The notes under the pieces are model-generated. The model searched no databases, had not been told where the DNA came from, and worked only from the letters and a program-made list of their open reading frames with translations. This document shows, in pieces, positions 38,597-48,948 of a stretch of 64,000 nucleotides of DNA. Source of the DNA: Alphaproteobacteria bacterium (GTDB lineage: Bacteria; Pseudomonadota; Alphaproteobacteria; Bin95); assembly GCA_965205265.1 (NCBI GenBank), contig CBDBGH010000003.1, positions 5,216,001-5,280,000 of the forward strand, given 5' to 3'. The translations under genes were made by a program, and so were the position numbers. Positions within the stretch are counted from its first letter, which is position 1; every line of letters begins with the position of its first letter.

Positions 38597-40228
38597 ATGA
38601 GCCAGCAAGACATCTTTCGGAACGAGACCCCGCCGATCCCCGCAGGTCCGGACGACGGATACGGGGCGGACGGCCCGCACTGGGAAGGCGAGACCGAAGA
38701 GCGGACTTCGGGACCGTCGTCCCCGGCCAGGGCCGTCGGTGCCGGCGGGGCCCCGGAGCACGGGGCGGACGCGGACCCCGTGCCGGGGCTGCCGGCACAA
38801 TTCGCGGATATCGTGGAACCCCACGACATCGGCCTCGAACGGATCATGCTCGGGGAATTGCTGGTGACCAATGAGATCGCCGAGGAGGTCGAGGGCTATC
38901 TCGAGGCGGCGCATTTCCACAACCCCGCGCATCGGGAGATATTCAGGAATATCCGCAGCCTGATCGACAGCGGCCGCGAGGCGAGTGTCGACAGTCTGGC
39001 CCCATACGTCGAATCCCATCCGGAGGTGAAGGCACTGGGCGGCCGGGAGTATCTGGTCGAGCTTCCCAAATATGCGGTCGGCCTCGCCGACTGGCGCACC
39101 TATGCGGACCTGCTGCGCGACCTGTTCATGCGCCGTCGGCTCAACGACCTCGCACGGAAAATGCTGCGCGACAATCACCGGGCCGATGTCGGGAAATCCG
39201 GGCTCGACCGTGTCGAGTCGGTCGAAAAGGACCTCTACGATCTGACGGTCGGCGAACGGGACGCGACCGGCACCAGAAGTTTCGCCAATGCACTGTCCGA
39301 GATGCTGGCGCAGGCCGAAAGGGCCTACCAGTCGGATCGGAACGTGGTCGGGCTGCCGACCGGGTTCAGGGATCTGGACAATGTCATGGGCGGCCTCGTC
39401 GAAACCGATCTTGTCGTTCTGGCGGGGCGGCCCGGCATGGGCAAGACCGCCCTCGCGACGGCCATCACCGCGAATATCGCGCTGCCGAAACGGGCGCCCC
39501 GCCCGGACGACCCCAAATATGTCGTCCAGTTCTTTTCCCTCGAGATGTCGGCCTCGCAGCTCAGCCTGCGCACGGTGTCGGCGCGCAGCCGCATTGACGG
39601 CAGCCGCATCCGGCGCGGCAGGGTGAGCAGGGAAGAGATGCATGAGATTATCAATACGGCGCGCGAGATCGAGCTGGCGCGCCTGTTCATCGATGACAGC
39701 CCGGCGCTGACGCCGTCGCAGATGCGCACGAGGGCAAGGCGCCTGAAACGGCGCGAGGGGTCGCTGGACCTGATCGTGGTGGACTACATCCAGCTGATGC
39801 AGGCCTCGGAGGAGGAGCAGAGGCGGATCGGGGGCCGGCAGGAAGAGGTGGCCAGCATCAGCCGGTCCCTGAAAGTGCTGGCGAAAGAACTCAATGTTCC
39901 GGTCCTGGCGCTGTCCCAGTTGTCGCGGGCTGTCGAGGGCCGCGAGGACAAGCGCCCGATTCTGTCGGACCTGCGCGAATCGGGCGGCATCGAGCAGGAT
40001 GCCGATGTGGTGCTGTTTCTCTTTCGCGAGGAATACTACCTGCGGCGCAAGGCCGATGATGAGGAAGACGAGAGACCGGATATCAATGCGGCCGCCGAGG
40101 GTCTGGCCGAGGTGATCGTGGCGAAGAACCGGCACGGGCCGCTCACGAGCGTCAACATGAATTTCGATGACAAGTTCACCGAGTTCAGCGACCTCGCCCA
40201 GCGTGACACCAGAGGCCCGCCGCCATAG
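38597..40228 (+). CDS. dnaB: Replicative DNA helicase
   Basis: GRPGMGKT, FSLEMS, VDYIQLM, LSQLSR, SDLRESGGIEQDAD, KNRHGP. Confidence 0.96.
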   Translation: MSQQDIFRNETPPIPAGPDDGYGADGPHWEGETEERTSGPSSPARAVGAGGAPEHGADADPVPGLPAQFADIVEPHDIGLERIMLGELLVTNEIAEEVEGYLEAAHFHNPAHREIFRNIRSLIDSGREASVDSLAPYVESHPEVKALGGREYLVELPKYAVGLADWRTYADLLRDLFMRRRLNDLARKMLRDNHRADVGKSGLDRVESVEKDLYDLTVGERDATGTRSFANALSEMLAQAERAYQSDRNVVGLPTGFRDLDNVMGGLVETDLVVLAGRPGMGKTALATAITANIALPKRAPRPDDPKYVVQFFSLEMSASQLSLRTVSARSRIDGSRIRRGRVSREEMHEIINTAREIELARLFIDDSPALTPSQMRTRARRLKRREGSLDLIVVDYIQLMQASEEEQRRIGGRQEEVASISRSLKVLAKELNVPVLALSQLSRAVEGREDKRPILSDLRESGGIEQDADVVLFLFREEYYLRRKADDEEDERPDINAAAEGLAEVIVAKNRHGPLTSVNMNFDDKFTEFSDLAQRDTRGPPP

Positions 40229-40380
40229 GGGTTTCGGGCGCGCGCCGTTCCCCTGCAGCGGGCGCTCCGGGCGCCCTGGTGGTTGGCGATTTCACGCGTC
40301 GCCGGCATTCTGTCCTGCGGAAGCGGCCTCCCTCCCCGGACCCCCCGGACGGCAGGCCGGACGAGGGAAGAGGGAGAGCG

Positions 40381-41271
40381 ATGGACGGGGTGGCGGAAGA
40401 CATGAGAGTCAAGGCGGAGGAGTTCCTTGGGCGCTATCGCTCGGGAGAACGCGATTTTCCGGATATCGACCTGTCGGGGATTGTGATCCGCGACATGACA
40501 TTCGAAAATCTCAACCTGGCCGGCGCCCAGGCGCGGGGCTCGGACTTCACGGGGTGCAGCTTTGCGGGTTGCCGCTTCGACAGGGCGGACTTCACCGGTG
40601 CGCGCTTCGAACTGTGCCTGTTCGAAGAGGGATGCAGTTTCTCCAAGGCAGAGTGCGCGGGAAGCTGCTTCGACAGCGCCCGCCTTGAGGACGCCGACCT
40701 CGAGGGAGCCAATTTCGAGCGGGCGAGCCTGCAGGGCGCGAGCCTGTATGCCTGTCTGCTCAACCGGACCAATTCGCGCAAGGCCTCGATGGAGGATATC
40801 GAGGCCCCGGGCGCGCGTTGCGACCGTGCCGACTTCACCGGCGCCTGGATGCCCGGCGCGAATTTTCAGGATGCATCCCTGCAGGCGGTGAAGATGGAGG
40901 GCTGCATTGCCCGGGGAAGCAATTTCTCGGGTTGTGACATGCGCGGGAGCAACCTGAAGCGCTGCGTCCTCGACCGGGCCCGCTTCGACGGCACGGACGC
41001 GCGGCTCTCCGACTTCGGTGGAACGTCGATGGACTCCGTCTGGATGCGCAATGCTGACATGCGCGGCGTGTCGGTCTGCGAAGCGGACCTGACCCGGGCA
41101 CGCCTCAATGGCACCGATTTCGAAGGCGCCGTGGCGCACAATGCGTGTTTCCGTGAAGCCGAGTGCGAGGGCGCCAGGTTTTCCGACATCGAGGCCTCCG
41201 GAGCGGATTTCACCGATGCGTCCGGCTACCGTCAGGAGCCGGAGGCGCCGGAAGCGCTGCTCCGGTTCTGA
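40381..41271 (+). CDS. Pentapeptide repeat protein
   Basis: RYRSGERDF followed by repeats; start at 40381 or 40402. Confidence 0.88.
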   Translation: MDGVAEDMRVKAEEFLGRYRSGERDFPDIDLSGIVIRDMTFENLNLAGAQARGSDFTGCSFAGCRFDRADFTGARFELCLFEEGCSFSKAECAGSCFDSARLEDADLEGANFERASLQGASLYACLLNRTNSRKASMEDIEAPGARCDRADFTGAWMPGANFQDASLQAVKMEGCIARGSNFSGCDMRGSNLKRCVLDRARFDGTDARLSDFGGTSMDSVWMRNADMRGVSVCEADLTRARLNGTDFEGAVAHNACFREAECEGARFSDIEASGADFTDASGYRQEPEAPEALLRF

Positions 41272-41304
41272 GGAAGCGGCGCGAGAGGCCGTTCGATCCC
41301 GGGT

Positions 41305-42111
41305 TTACGGCGTCGGCGCAATCCCTGTCGGAATGCCGAGGGCGTTGTCGAAGCAGGCCCGTAACCTCCCTGTCGAACTGAACTGTGCTCCCGTGAAATC
41401 GGAGTCGGCGAAATCGGCGCCGTCGAGAAGGGCGTCGACCATGTACGCATTACGGAAGTTGCCGCCTCGAAGACAGACGGATTGCAGGTCCGCGCCGCAG
41501 AGGGACGCTCCGGCAAAGACGACTTCGGACCCGCCGTCGAGAGCCCGCGAACGCGAGGTCGCGAACCGCATGCGGGCGCCGTCCAGGGAGGCGCCGTCGA
41601 AGCGGCATGCATGCACGGACGCGCCCTCGAGAACGATCCGCGGCAAGCGGGCGCGGACGAAGCTCGCCATGGCGAGATCGCATTTCTTCAGCACGGTGTC
41701 CGCCAGGGTGGCGTCGTTGAAAACGGCGCTCGCGAAATTAGCGCCCAGCGCGTTGACCGATGAGAGCCTGGCTCCTGTGAAGTCGGCACCGGGAGCATCG
41801 GCCCGGTTGAAGGCGGCGCCGCATAGGCTTGCATGGCGGAAGCGCGCGCCGCTGGCCATTGCGCCGTGAAACGAGCAATTCGCCATCCATGCACGTTCAA
41901 GAACGGAACCGAGCAGAAGGCTCCCGTCGAAGCTGCACTCCGTCAGGGTGGCGTCGCGGAATGAGCAGCCGACAAGGTCGGCCCCGCGAAAATCGGCGCC
42001 TTCGAGGGAAACGCCCGGAACGCTGAGGCCGGAGAGCGGGGCATTGCGGAAATCGCGCTCGCCTGCGGCATAACGCCGGAGAAACGCCGCTGTATCGTCA
42101 TCCGTGGACAT
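41305..42111 (-). CDS. Pentapeptide repeat protein
   Basis: RRYAAGERDF followed by repeats; ends IAPTP. Confidence 0.88.
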   Translation of the reverse strand: MSTDDDTAAFLRRYAAGERDFRNAPLSGLSVPGVSLEGADFRGADLVGCSFRDATLTECSFDGSLLLGSVLERAWMANCSFHGAMASGARFRHASLCGAAFNRADAPGADFTGARLSSVNALGANFASAVFNDATLADTVLKKCDLAMASFVRARLPRIVLEGASVHACRFDGASLDGARMRFATSRSRALDGGSEVVFAGASLCGADLQSVCLRGGNFRNAYMVDALLDGADFADSDFTGAQFSSTGRLRACFDNALGIPTGIAPTP

Positions 42112-42292
42112 GGTCGGGCGCCCTCCGGCACGGCAGCGTGCAACGCCAGGACCGTTGCCGGCCGCGGGGTCCGATCTGCATCCGGTGTCGGCTATGGGTA
42201 CTTCGCATATGGCTCGCTGCTCGGTGGCGTGGTGCGCCGTGCGGCATTCGCCGATTATCCGCGCATCCGGCTGCCGGCGCCGTTCCGGAGGA

Positions 42293-42844
42293 TCATGGGG
42301 CCATGTCCGGGTTCTGTCCTTCGCGGCTTCCTTCCCAGGCTTCGCGCCGCTCGACGGCCGCAATCAGTCTTGCCCCCGAGCGTGCGAGTTCCGGGCTCGA
42401 GAACCCTTCCAGCGGCGGCGGGTCGAGGGACTCGGGCGGCACCGGGTCGGGAGTCGGCGGTGCGGGTTCGGAAGGCGGCAGCAGGGTGTAGTTGTGGCTG
42501 GCGATGGAAACGTCGGTGATGGCCTCGCGTCCGAGATGGCGGTTTACCGCCTCCACTATCACTGGCCGGATGTGCACCAATTCCGTCGCGAAGCTGGAGT
42601 GGGCGCCTATCCGGAGCACACCGCGGCTGATCTTCATCGGGTACGAAACCCGGCTGTACTTCCTGCCGACCACCGCTTCCCAGTGCATCAGAAGGCGCAT
42701 GTCCTGGATGCCCATCTGCTGTCCGGTCCGCCGGATTTCGTCCTGGACGATGTCCCCCATTCTCACGGGTTGGCCATCGGCTTTGACAGATCTGCGGCGG
42801 CGCGGCATTCGCGTTCTATAGAGGAATCCCGTCCCGTTTTCCAT
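42293..42844 (-). CDS. dciA: DciA / DUF721 helicase-loader-like protein (start uncertain)
   Basis: LLMHWEAVVG...S.P.KI..GVLRI...A.EL......IVEAVN..LG..AI; lies near dnaB. Confidence 0.75.
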   Translation of the reverse strand: MENGTGFLYRTRMPRRRRSVKADGQPVRMGDIVQDEIRRTGQQMGIQDMRLLMHWEAVVGRKYSRVSYPMKISRGVLRIGAHSSFATELVHIRPVIVEAVNRHLGREAITDVSIASHNYTLLPPSEPAPPTPDPVPPESLDPPPLEGFSSPELARSGARLIAAVERREAWEGSREGQNPDMAP

Positions 42845-43607
42845 ATGGTCCCTACGGACGGGGAAGGGAGAGGCAGGCGGGAAATGTCTCCGGGCTCGAA
42901 TTTCACCAGTCCTCCGGCATAGACGCGGCCGTCATCGAGCGTGACGGTGCTGTTGAGCCAGTCGATGATCCCCGTGATTTCATCCGTGGCCAGCGGGGCG
43001 CGGGGATAGAGCCCGTGCGCGATGTTCAGGTGGACCGCCCCGGCCTCGTTGCGGACGAAGACCGGAGCCCGGCGGGCCATGTAGGAACAGAGAATCGGGG
43101 CAGGTGGACGCAGGCGCACGCGCCACCATGGGCGGCGGTGGGCCGCTGTCCAGGAACGATGCGCTCCGCGTTCCCTAGCATATTGGAGAAAGCGGTCCAC
43201 CGCCCGGCGCCTGTCCGGGTCGAGGCAGTCGAGGTCCTCGGGCAGTACGATGAGCCTGTCGAGCGGGGTTTGCGGCCGGATCACCCCCTCGGGCGCTTCG
43301 AAGAGCTGACGGGCATGGGTGACGGCCGGCACCAGGAGGTCCGGAGGCAGGTCGGCGGTTCGGTCGCCGGCGATCCAGATGCGGTTGCCGCCCGTCACGA
43401 CGCCGCGATGAACACGGAAGAGCGTTCCGAGTTCGACAGGGTTGCGGCGCCTTCCGGAAGACGGGCGCCCGAGGCCTGTCCATTTCGGACTTTCGACAAA
43501 CCGCTTCAGTGCTACCGGTCGGCCGCCGCGAAGCATGCCGGGTCCGGACAGCCGACGAATGCGGTGAAGCCGCGGAAAGGGGCTGGCCTGCCCCGCGCGA
43601 AAGCAGA

Positions 43608-44944
43608 GGGGCTTACAAAGGTAAGTTGACATTGCCGTGTATCGTATCCAGTTCGGCCGCATGAGCGAGGTCTTCACGCACCGTCAGGTGGTATTCCGGC
43701 TTCTGCCGGGCCGCCGGTCCGTTTGGCGGCGTCTGGAGCGGGTTCTGGAGGCGCAGCGGCAGTTGTACAACGCCGCCCTTCAGGAACGCTGCGACGCCTG
43801 GCGTCTGGCCGGGCGGTCGCTCTCCTATATCGACCAGGCGAAGAGCCTGACGGTGTGCCGCCGGGAGGACCCCGAGATGGCGGCCGTTCCGGTCGCCGTG
43901 CAGCGCGGGACGCTGAAGCGCCTGGACGAGGCGATGAAGGGCTTCTTCCGGCGGGTGAAGGCGGGCCAGAAGCCGGGTTTTCCCCGGTTCCGGTCCCGCC
44001 GGCGGTTCGACAGCCTCTCCTTCGTCTCGGGGGTGAGGCTGGAGGACCGGGCCCGGCCCGGCGCGGACTGCGGGTCCGGCGCGGCCTGCCTGCGCCTTCC
44101 GGGTTTCGGCCCGCTTGCGGTCCGCCGGCGGGGCGGCAACCCGCATGGGGATGGCGAGCCGGTCTCGGCGGTGCTGAAGCGCGAGGCCGGCAAGTGGTAC
44201 GCCGTGGTCTGCTACCGGGTCCCGGCGCCGGCGGTCCACGAGGATGACGACAGCGTCATCGGGGTGGACATGAACGCTGGCCAGGTGGCGGCGAGCGGTC
44301 CGGGGCCGGAAGCCCGCCTGTTCCATGCCCCGGATACGCGGCGGCTGGAGGCGAGGGCGAAGCGCCTTGCCCGGCGTCTGGCGCGCCAGAAGCGCGGCTC
44401 CGGGCGCCGGGAGCGCACCCGCGCCCGTCTGGCGAAGACGAGGCGGCGCCTTTCCGGGATGCGGTGCGACTGGCGCCACCATGTCTCGCGGACAGTCGCC
44501 GACGCCGCCCATACCGTCGCCGTCGAGGACCTCCGGGTCCGGAACATGACGCGCAGCGCCCGGGGCACGACAGAGGAGCCGGGCGCCCGGGTCCGGCAGA
44601 AGGCCGGGCTCAACCGCGTCATCCTGGCCACGGGATGGGCGGAACTGCGCTTCATGTTCGGCTACAAGGCGGGACGGCTGCTCGCGGTCGACCCGGCCCA
44701 TACCAGCCGGACCTGCGCCGCCTGCGGCCATGTCGATGCCGGCTCGCGGCGTTCGCGGGCCGAATTCCAGTGCACGGCCTGCGGCCATGCGGACCATGCC
44801 GACGCGAATGCCGGCAGCAACATCCGGCGTCGGGGACTGGCGCTGCTGCACGGGGAGGGGCGTTCCGGCTTGCGGACCCCTGCGATCCGTGAAAACGCAG
44901 GGATGCTGGCGGCATGACGCCGTCAACTCATCTTTGTAAGGCCC
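43608..44944 (+). mobile_element. TnpB-only element with 23-bp TIRs and 8-bp TSD AAAGCAGA
   Basis: Left GGGGCTTACAAAGGTAAGTTGAC, right GTCAACTCATCTTTGTAAGGCCC (20/23 match); TSD at 43600-43607 and 44945-44952. Confidence 0.9.
43661..44917 (+). CDS. tnpB: RNA-guided endonuclease TnpB
   Basis: KPGFPRF, RuvC-I GVDMN, RuvC-II VEDL, Zn finger TSRTCAACGH..FQCTACGH, RuvC-III ADANA. Confidence 0.95.
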   Translation: MSEVFTHRQVVFRLLPGRRSVWRRLERVLEAQRQLYNAALQERCDAWRLAGRSLSYIDQAKSLTVCRREDPEMAAVPVAVQRGTLKRLDEAMKGFFRRVKAGQKPGFPRFRSRRRFDSLSFVSGVRLEDRARPGADCGSGAACLRLPGFGPLAVRRRGGNPHGDGEPVSAVLKREAGKWYAVVCYRVPAPAVHEDDDSVIGVDMNAGQVAASGPGPEARLFHAPDTRRLEARAKRLARRLARQKRGSGRRERTRARLAKTRRRLSGMRCDWRHHVSRTVADAAHTVAVEDLRVRNMTRSARGTTEEPGARVRQKAGLNRVILATGWAELRFMFGYKAGRLLAVDPAHTSRTCAACGHVDAGSRRSRAEFQCTACGHADHADANAGSNIRRRGLALLHGEGRSGLRTPAIRENAGMLAA

Positions 44945-45845
44945 AAAGCAGACTATCGCCGCGCTGGCCTGGATGCCCGGGAAGATATCGGCGGCCGGGT
45001 CGATGACATGCAGGGAGGAAAGCCCCAGGGGACCCGCGGTGAAGAGGGTCCGCAGCACCGCCCCATAACCGGTATGGAGCCATTCCGCGGGCAGCAGCAT
45101 CGCGCCGTAGTCGCCGGGCCGGGCGAGTCCGCATATCGCAAGCATGAAATGGACGTAGAGCCCGGAAAGGCGGCTGAAGGGCAAACGCAGGTCGGCCGCC
45201 CGTGCCGCGGCAAGGTCTTTCCGGCCGCGGTCTATATCGTGGTGCCTCACCCATGGCGGGTTGCCGATAAACAGGGTCGGGCCCGGGGCGGGGCCCGGGT
45301 CGGCGGCGAGAAAGTCCCGGGTCTCCAGCCGGAGCCGGTCGCAGAGGCCGTTCAAGCGCGCGTTGGCGCGAAGCAGCCGGGCGCTGTTTCTGTCGGTCTC
45401 GAACGCGACAAGTTCGGCCGCCGGAAAGCGCTTGGCGGCGGCGAGACCGAACCGGCCCGTTCCGGCGCCCGGATCGACAATGCGCCGCGGCGATCCTGTG
45501 CGGGCGGCCCAATCCGTCATCGCGTCGACGATGGCGGACGGGGTCAGCACGGCGCCGGCGGTGCGGCGCTCGGCAGGACTGCGAAGGCGCATGAGCATTT
45601 CGCCCAGAGGGTCGCCGCCATCGGCAATCCGCCGGCGCAGGGCGGCGATGGCGGGGTCCGGACAGGGCCGACCGTCGTCGAGCGAACGGGCCAGCGCAAC
45701 CAGCGACTGCATGGAGGTCGGGGTTTGTAATGCCATGCCCGGACTGTCGCCGGGACACCTGAAAACTCAAAAAGCGGTCCGCGCTGTGCGGCACGGGGTC
45801 CGGGGCTTCGTTACCGGATCCCTGGACAGCGCCCGGCTGTTACTC

Positions 45846-46544
45846 TCATGGTGGCGCGGTCTCGGGCGCCTGCGCTTCGGCGATCATGGCGGCGAGCCCT
45901 TCGCGGTCAGCGCCGACCGCGCGCCTGGCGGCCTGGGCGATGAATTCCGGCGTGCAGAGCGGGAGCACGGCCGAGGCCGCAAGCGGGGTTTCGGGGCCAT
46001 CCGGGTTCTGGAGGTCGAGTATTTCGGCCACGAGCGGGGCGTCCCGCCCTCCGGGCCTGTCGAGGCGCCACATTTCGCGGGCGCCGACCATGCGCCAGAC
46101 ATCGGGCCTGTCCCCGTCGCCCCAGACACGCTCGACATCCACAACGAGCGTAGGCGGGTGGCAGTCGGCGAAGGCGATTCCCGCCTCGGGACCCTTGTCG
46201 GCCCTGTTGGCCCAACCGTCGGCGTCCCCGCCGACATAGAAGCAGCAGTCGGCTTCCCAGCCGCTGTCCTTCGGGTCGTGCGTGCGCCGCCAGCGCGTCC
46301 GCCCGAGCGCCACCAGGCGCAGGCCGCAGGCGCGGGCGATCTCGTGGGCCACCGTGTCGGCCCCGCGGGCGTGGATTTCGTGGTCGAGCGAGGGGGACAT
46401 AAGCTCGACGAATCCGGTGTCCGGGTCGAGAAACACACGCGGCGCGGACCGGTTCCAGTCGGCCTTCGCCAGATCGGGAATCTCCTGCCAGTGGAATTGC
46501 AGCCGGATGACGCTGGATCCCATGCGTCCGGTGCATGCAGCCAT
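45846..46544 (-). CDS. Uma2-family PD-(D/E)xK endonuclease
   Basis: ELMSPSLDHE, EADCCFYV, PPTLVVDV, GAREMWRLD; ends ETAPP. Confidence 0.8.
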   Translation of the reverse strand: MAACTGRMGSSVIRLQFHWQEIPDLAKADWNRSAPRVFLDPDTGFVELMSPSLDHEIHARGADTVAHEIARACGLRLVALGRTRWRRTHDPKDSGWEADCCFYVGGDADGWANRADKGPEAGIAFADCHPPTLVVDVERVWGDGDRPDVWRMVGAREMWRLDRPGGRDAPLVAEILDLQNPDGPETPLAASAVLPLCTPEFIAQAARRAVGADREGLAAMIAEAQAPETAPP

Positions 46545-46767
46545 GTCGGCCTCCCGCGCAGTCGGCTGTCAAGGATAGGGCGGGGCCGCGGCCTGAGGAA
46601 GGGTCCCGCCCAGTGCCCGCCGGCGAGAGCGTAGCTGCGCGTGTGCGCGTGCTGCATTCGCGGCCGGGCGCCCTTTCGTGCGGCCGGGGAGGTCGCGTCG
46701 CCTGCCGGCAGGATGCGGAACGTCCGGCCGCCGGGGCCGCCCGGAGTCCGGATTGCTTCGGGGAAAC

Positions 46768-46796
46768 TGGACAGGCGGGAGACGGGATGGTAGAAT
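46768..46796 (+). promoter_or_regulatory. Sigma70-type promoter
   Basis: TGGACA-17nt-TAGAAT with extended -10 TG, ahead of a long plus-strand run of small genes. Confidence 0.6.
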
Positions 46797-46819
46797 ACTA
46801 GACAAGCTGGAGATCGAAT

Positions 46820-47152
46820 GTGGCGGCACGGCGTTCGAGCGGAATTCTGGGAGGCCCCTCATCGAACTGGGAGACCAGGCTTCCGAAAATCAGGCGATAC
46901 CTGCTGCACCGGGAGCCCGTGGATTTCGGCCCGCGCTGGATGTGCTCCTGCGGGCACACGATGCGCGTTCTCTGGCGGCAGGCCTGGTATTGCCGGCGCT
47001 GCGGGCGCTGGTTGCACGACCGGGCTGTGGCCGCCCGGGCGCGGGAACTCGGGGAGGACCCGCGCGGCGGCGTGGCGGCATTTTCACGGATCGGTGGTAA
47101 TCAGCGCGGTGCGTCATCGACGGACCGGGAAGGAAGAGCGGCATGTCAGTAG
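46820..47152 (+). CDS. Possible Zn-ribbon protein
   Basis: CSCG...CRRCG; RBS GGAG. Confidence 0.4.
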   Translation: MAARRSSGILGGPSSNWETRLPKIRRYLLHREPVDFGPRWMCSCGHTMRVLWRQAWYCRRCGRWLHDRAVAARARELGEDPRGGVAAFSRIGGNQRGASSTDREGRAACQ

Positions 47153-47817
47153 GCCAGCCCGGCTACTACGCCTACGAGGCGTCCTGCCATTGCGTGGACT
47201 GCGCCCGCGAGCGCTTTGGCGAGGCCCTCGACAACGGCACGGCAACGGATATCGAGGGCAATTCGGTCGGCGTCGGCTTCGATACCGACGAACGCGACTC
47301 CCCGGCCAGCTGCAACGAGTGCTCGGAGTTCATCCTCACGAGCCTGACCGACACGGGTGAGGACTTCGTGGTCGACGCCATTCTCCGCAACCGGGGCCGC
47401 CCGGAAGTGCTCGCGCAATGGCGCGAGGAGTTCGACTGGCTGGAGGAGCGCATCCGCAACGCAATCTGCGAGGCGGAATTCGAGACGGTCGCCGATGGCG
47501 GCGACGGCCAGTATGACAACAGCGACTATTTCAGCGGGGTCGCCGGCTTCGTCAGCGCGATGACGGAACAGGACCTCCCGGAACCGGACGGGCTGGGCGA
47601 CGCGGACTGGGGCCATGAAGCCCTGGAAGAGGCGATCGGGGATGCCAACGACATCCTGAGGGAGGCGGGCGTCGACCGGATCATTTCCTGGCACGGACAC
47701 CTGCCCGGCGTTCTCATGGCCGGGTCGGGGAGGGCGTGGGACGCCGCGTCCGACCTGCCGGCGGTGCAAGGCAAGGCGGAACCGCCGCCCGGGCACGACG
47801 GGATGGAAGGGCCGTAG
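47143..47817 (+). CDS. Acidic hypothetical protein with CxxC motifs
   Basis: HCVDC and CNEC; ends DGMEGP. Confidence 0.7.
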   Translation: MSVGQPGYYAYEASCHCVDCARERFGEALDNGTATDIEGNSVGVGFDTDERDSPASCNECSEFILTSLTDTGEDFVVDAILRNRGRPEVLAQWREEFDWLEERIRNAICEAEFETVADGGDGQYDNSDYFSGVAGFVSAMTEQDLPEPDGLGDADWGHEALEEAIGDANDILREAGVDRIISWHGHLPGVLMAGSGRAWDAASDLPAVQGKAEPPPGHDGMEGP

Positions 47818-47834
47818 GGTCCGGGGAGACGGGC

Positions 47835-48065
47835 ATGAGCGGCGACGGACATATCTACAAGGCAATGCTGCGGCCTGTCGCGCTCTGGACGCTGCCCATG
47901 GACATCCGGGAGTGGCGCTATGTGCATAGGCCGGAAAGCCTGGAGGGCGGCCGGTACGGCGTCATTGCACTGCCCAGGGCCCTGGACGAGGACGAGCGGT
48001 CCCGGTTCGGGTTGGAACCTGTTGCCGCCGGCCCCGGGACGCCGGACGGCATGGACGGTCCTTAG
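47835..48065 (+). CDS. DarA C-terminal-like small protein
   Basis: Y...LRP....TLP...RYGVI...RALDEDE..RFGLEPV resembles the DarA_C pattern; ends DGMDGP. Confidence 0.5.
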   Translation: MSGDGHIYKAMLRPVALWTLPMDIREWRYVHRPESLEGGRYGVIALPRALDEDERSRFGLEPVAAGPGTPDGMDGP

Positions 48066-48098
48066 GGACACTTACGCAAAGGAGCTGGACATCGAGCG

Positions 48099-48473
48099 AT
48101 GGCCATACGCGCCCACCGGGTCTTCTTTCCGGCCGGCCGGGAGCATTACCGGACGGTGATGGAGGATACCGGCTTTGTGGAGATCGTGACCGAACAGGGA
48201 CATGCCCGGCTCGCCATATGGGCCCTGTCGTCCAGGCGGATGATCGTGAGCTATAGCGAAGGCCGCGTGACGACGGTGCGCTGCGATCATGAGGAGGAGT
48301 TCGTGAACGCAGTCGAGGCGCTCGAGCGATGGGCCAATGAACACGCGGACGCACCGCTGAGCCGGGCGCCGACCGACGGGACCGGCCGTGAGGTCGCTGC
48401 CGCGCTCGGCCTGGTTGAGCTGTTCCCCCGGGAGCCGGCACAGGACGCGGGAGCGGTTCCAGGGGGAATTTGA
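48099..48473 (+). CDS. Hypothetical protein (paralog of 48498..48878)
   Basis: VSYSEGRV...CDHEEEFV.AV. Confidence 0.7.
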   Translation: MAIRAHRVFFPAGREHYRTVMEDTGFVEIVTEQGHARLAIWALSSRRMIVSYSEGRVTTVRCDHEEEFVNAVEALERWANEHADAPLSRAPTDGTGREVAAALGLVELFPREPAQDAGAVPGGI

Positions 48474-48497
48474 GAGGACCGGCCAGGGAGGCGAGCA

Positions 48498-48878
48498 ATG
48501 CCGATACGGACAAACCGCAGCTTCAACCCGGCCGCCGGCCGTTACGTGTACGATTTCGGGTCCTGTTCGATCGCCAACGGCTATGCGCAGATCGATACCG
48601 GTCAGGATGCTCCCTACTACGGTGCCTGGTGTTCACCCTCGGAACGCAAGCTCGTCAACTATTGCGAAGGCGATGTGGTCGAGACGATCTGCGACACGGA
48701 CGAGGAGTTCGTCCAGGCCGTGCGCGAATTCGCGTCATGGACGAATGAGGCGGGCTGGGGGCCTGCGAGGATCGACCCGGGGCTGGACCCGGAGTTCGCG
48801 GAGTGCTTCCGGGCTCTCGGTCTGGGGGACCTGCTGCACGGCGAGCCGGACACCGGACCGGGTCCCGATGGCCCGTAG
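48498..48878 (+). CDS. Hypothetical plasmid/phage-type protein
   Basis: RYVYDF...GYAQIDTGQDAPYYG.W...YCEGDV...CDTDEEFV; ends GPDGP. Confidence 0.75.
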   Translation: MPIRTNRSFNPAAGRYVYDFGSCSIANGYAQIDTGQDAPYYGAWCSPSERKLVNYCEGDVVETICDTDEEFVQAVREFASWTNEAGWGPARIDPGLDPEFAECFRALGLGDLLHGEPDTGPGPDGP

Positions 48879-48948
48879 CGTTTGCGGCGGGCCGCCTGCG
48901 CCCGGCGGGTCCCGGAGGACGGCCACTCCGGAGTGACGAAGGAGAGGG

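Larger units (their letters stand above)
42763..45736 (-). pseudogene. N6-adenine DNA methyltransferase (Eco57I-like), interrupted by the TnpB element
   Basis: DPGAGTG and GNPPW motifs; removing the insert restores in-frame SAAIVCF-RAGQASP; C-terminal RVYAGGLVKFEPG. Confidence 0.85.

Noticed and set aside
43608-44944. TnpB as a Cas12 effector for the CRISPR array, or as an IStron
   Set aside because: It lies 32 kb away in its own mobile unit, the repeats look type I-like, and there is no room for a group I intron
43613-45736. 707-aa ORF read as one intact methyltransferase
   Set aside because: It reads through the antisense strand of the TnpB insert; the true gene is split at the TSD
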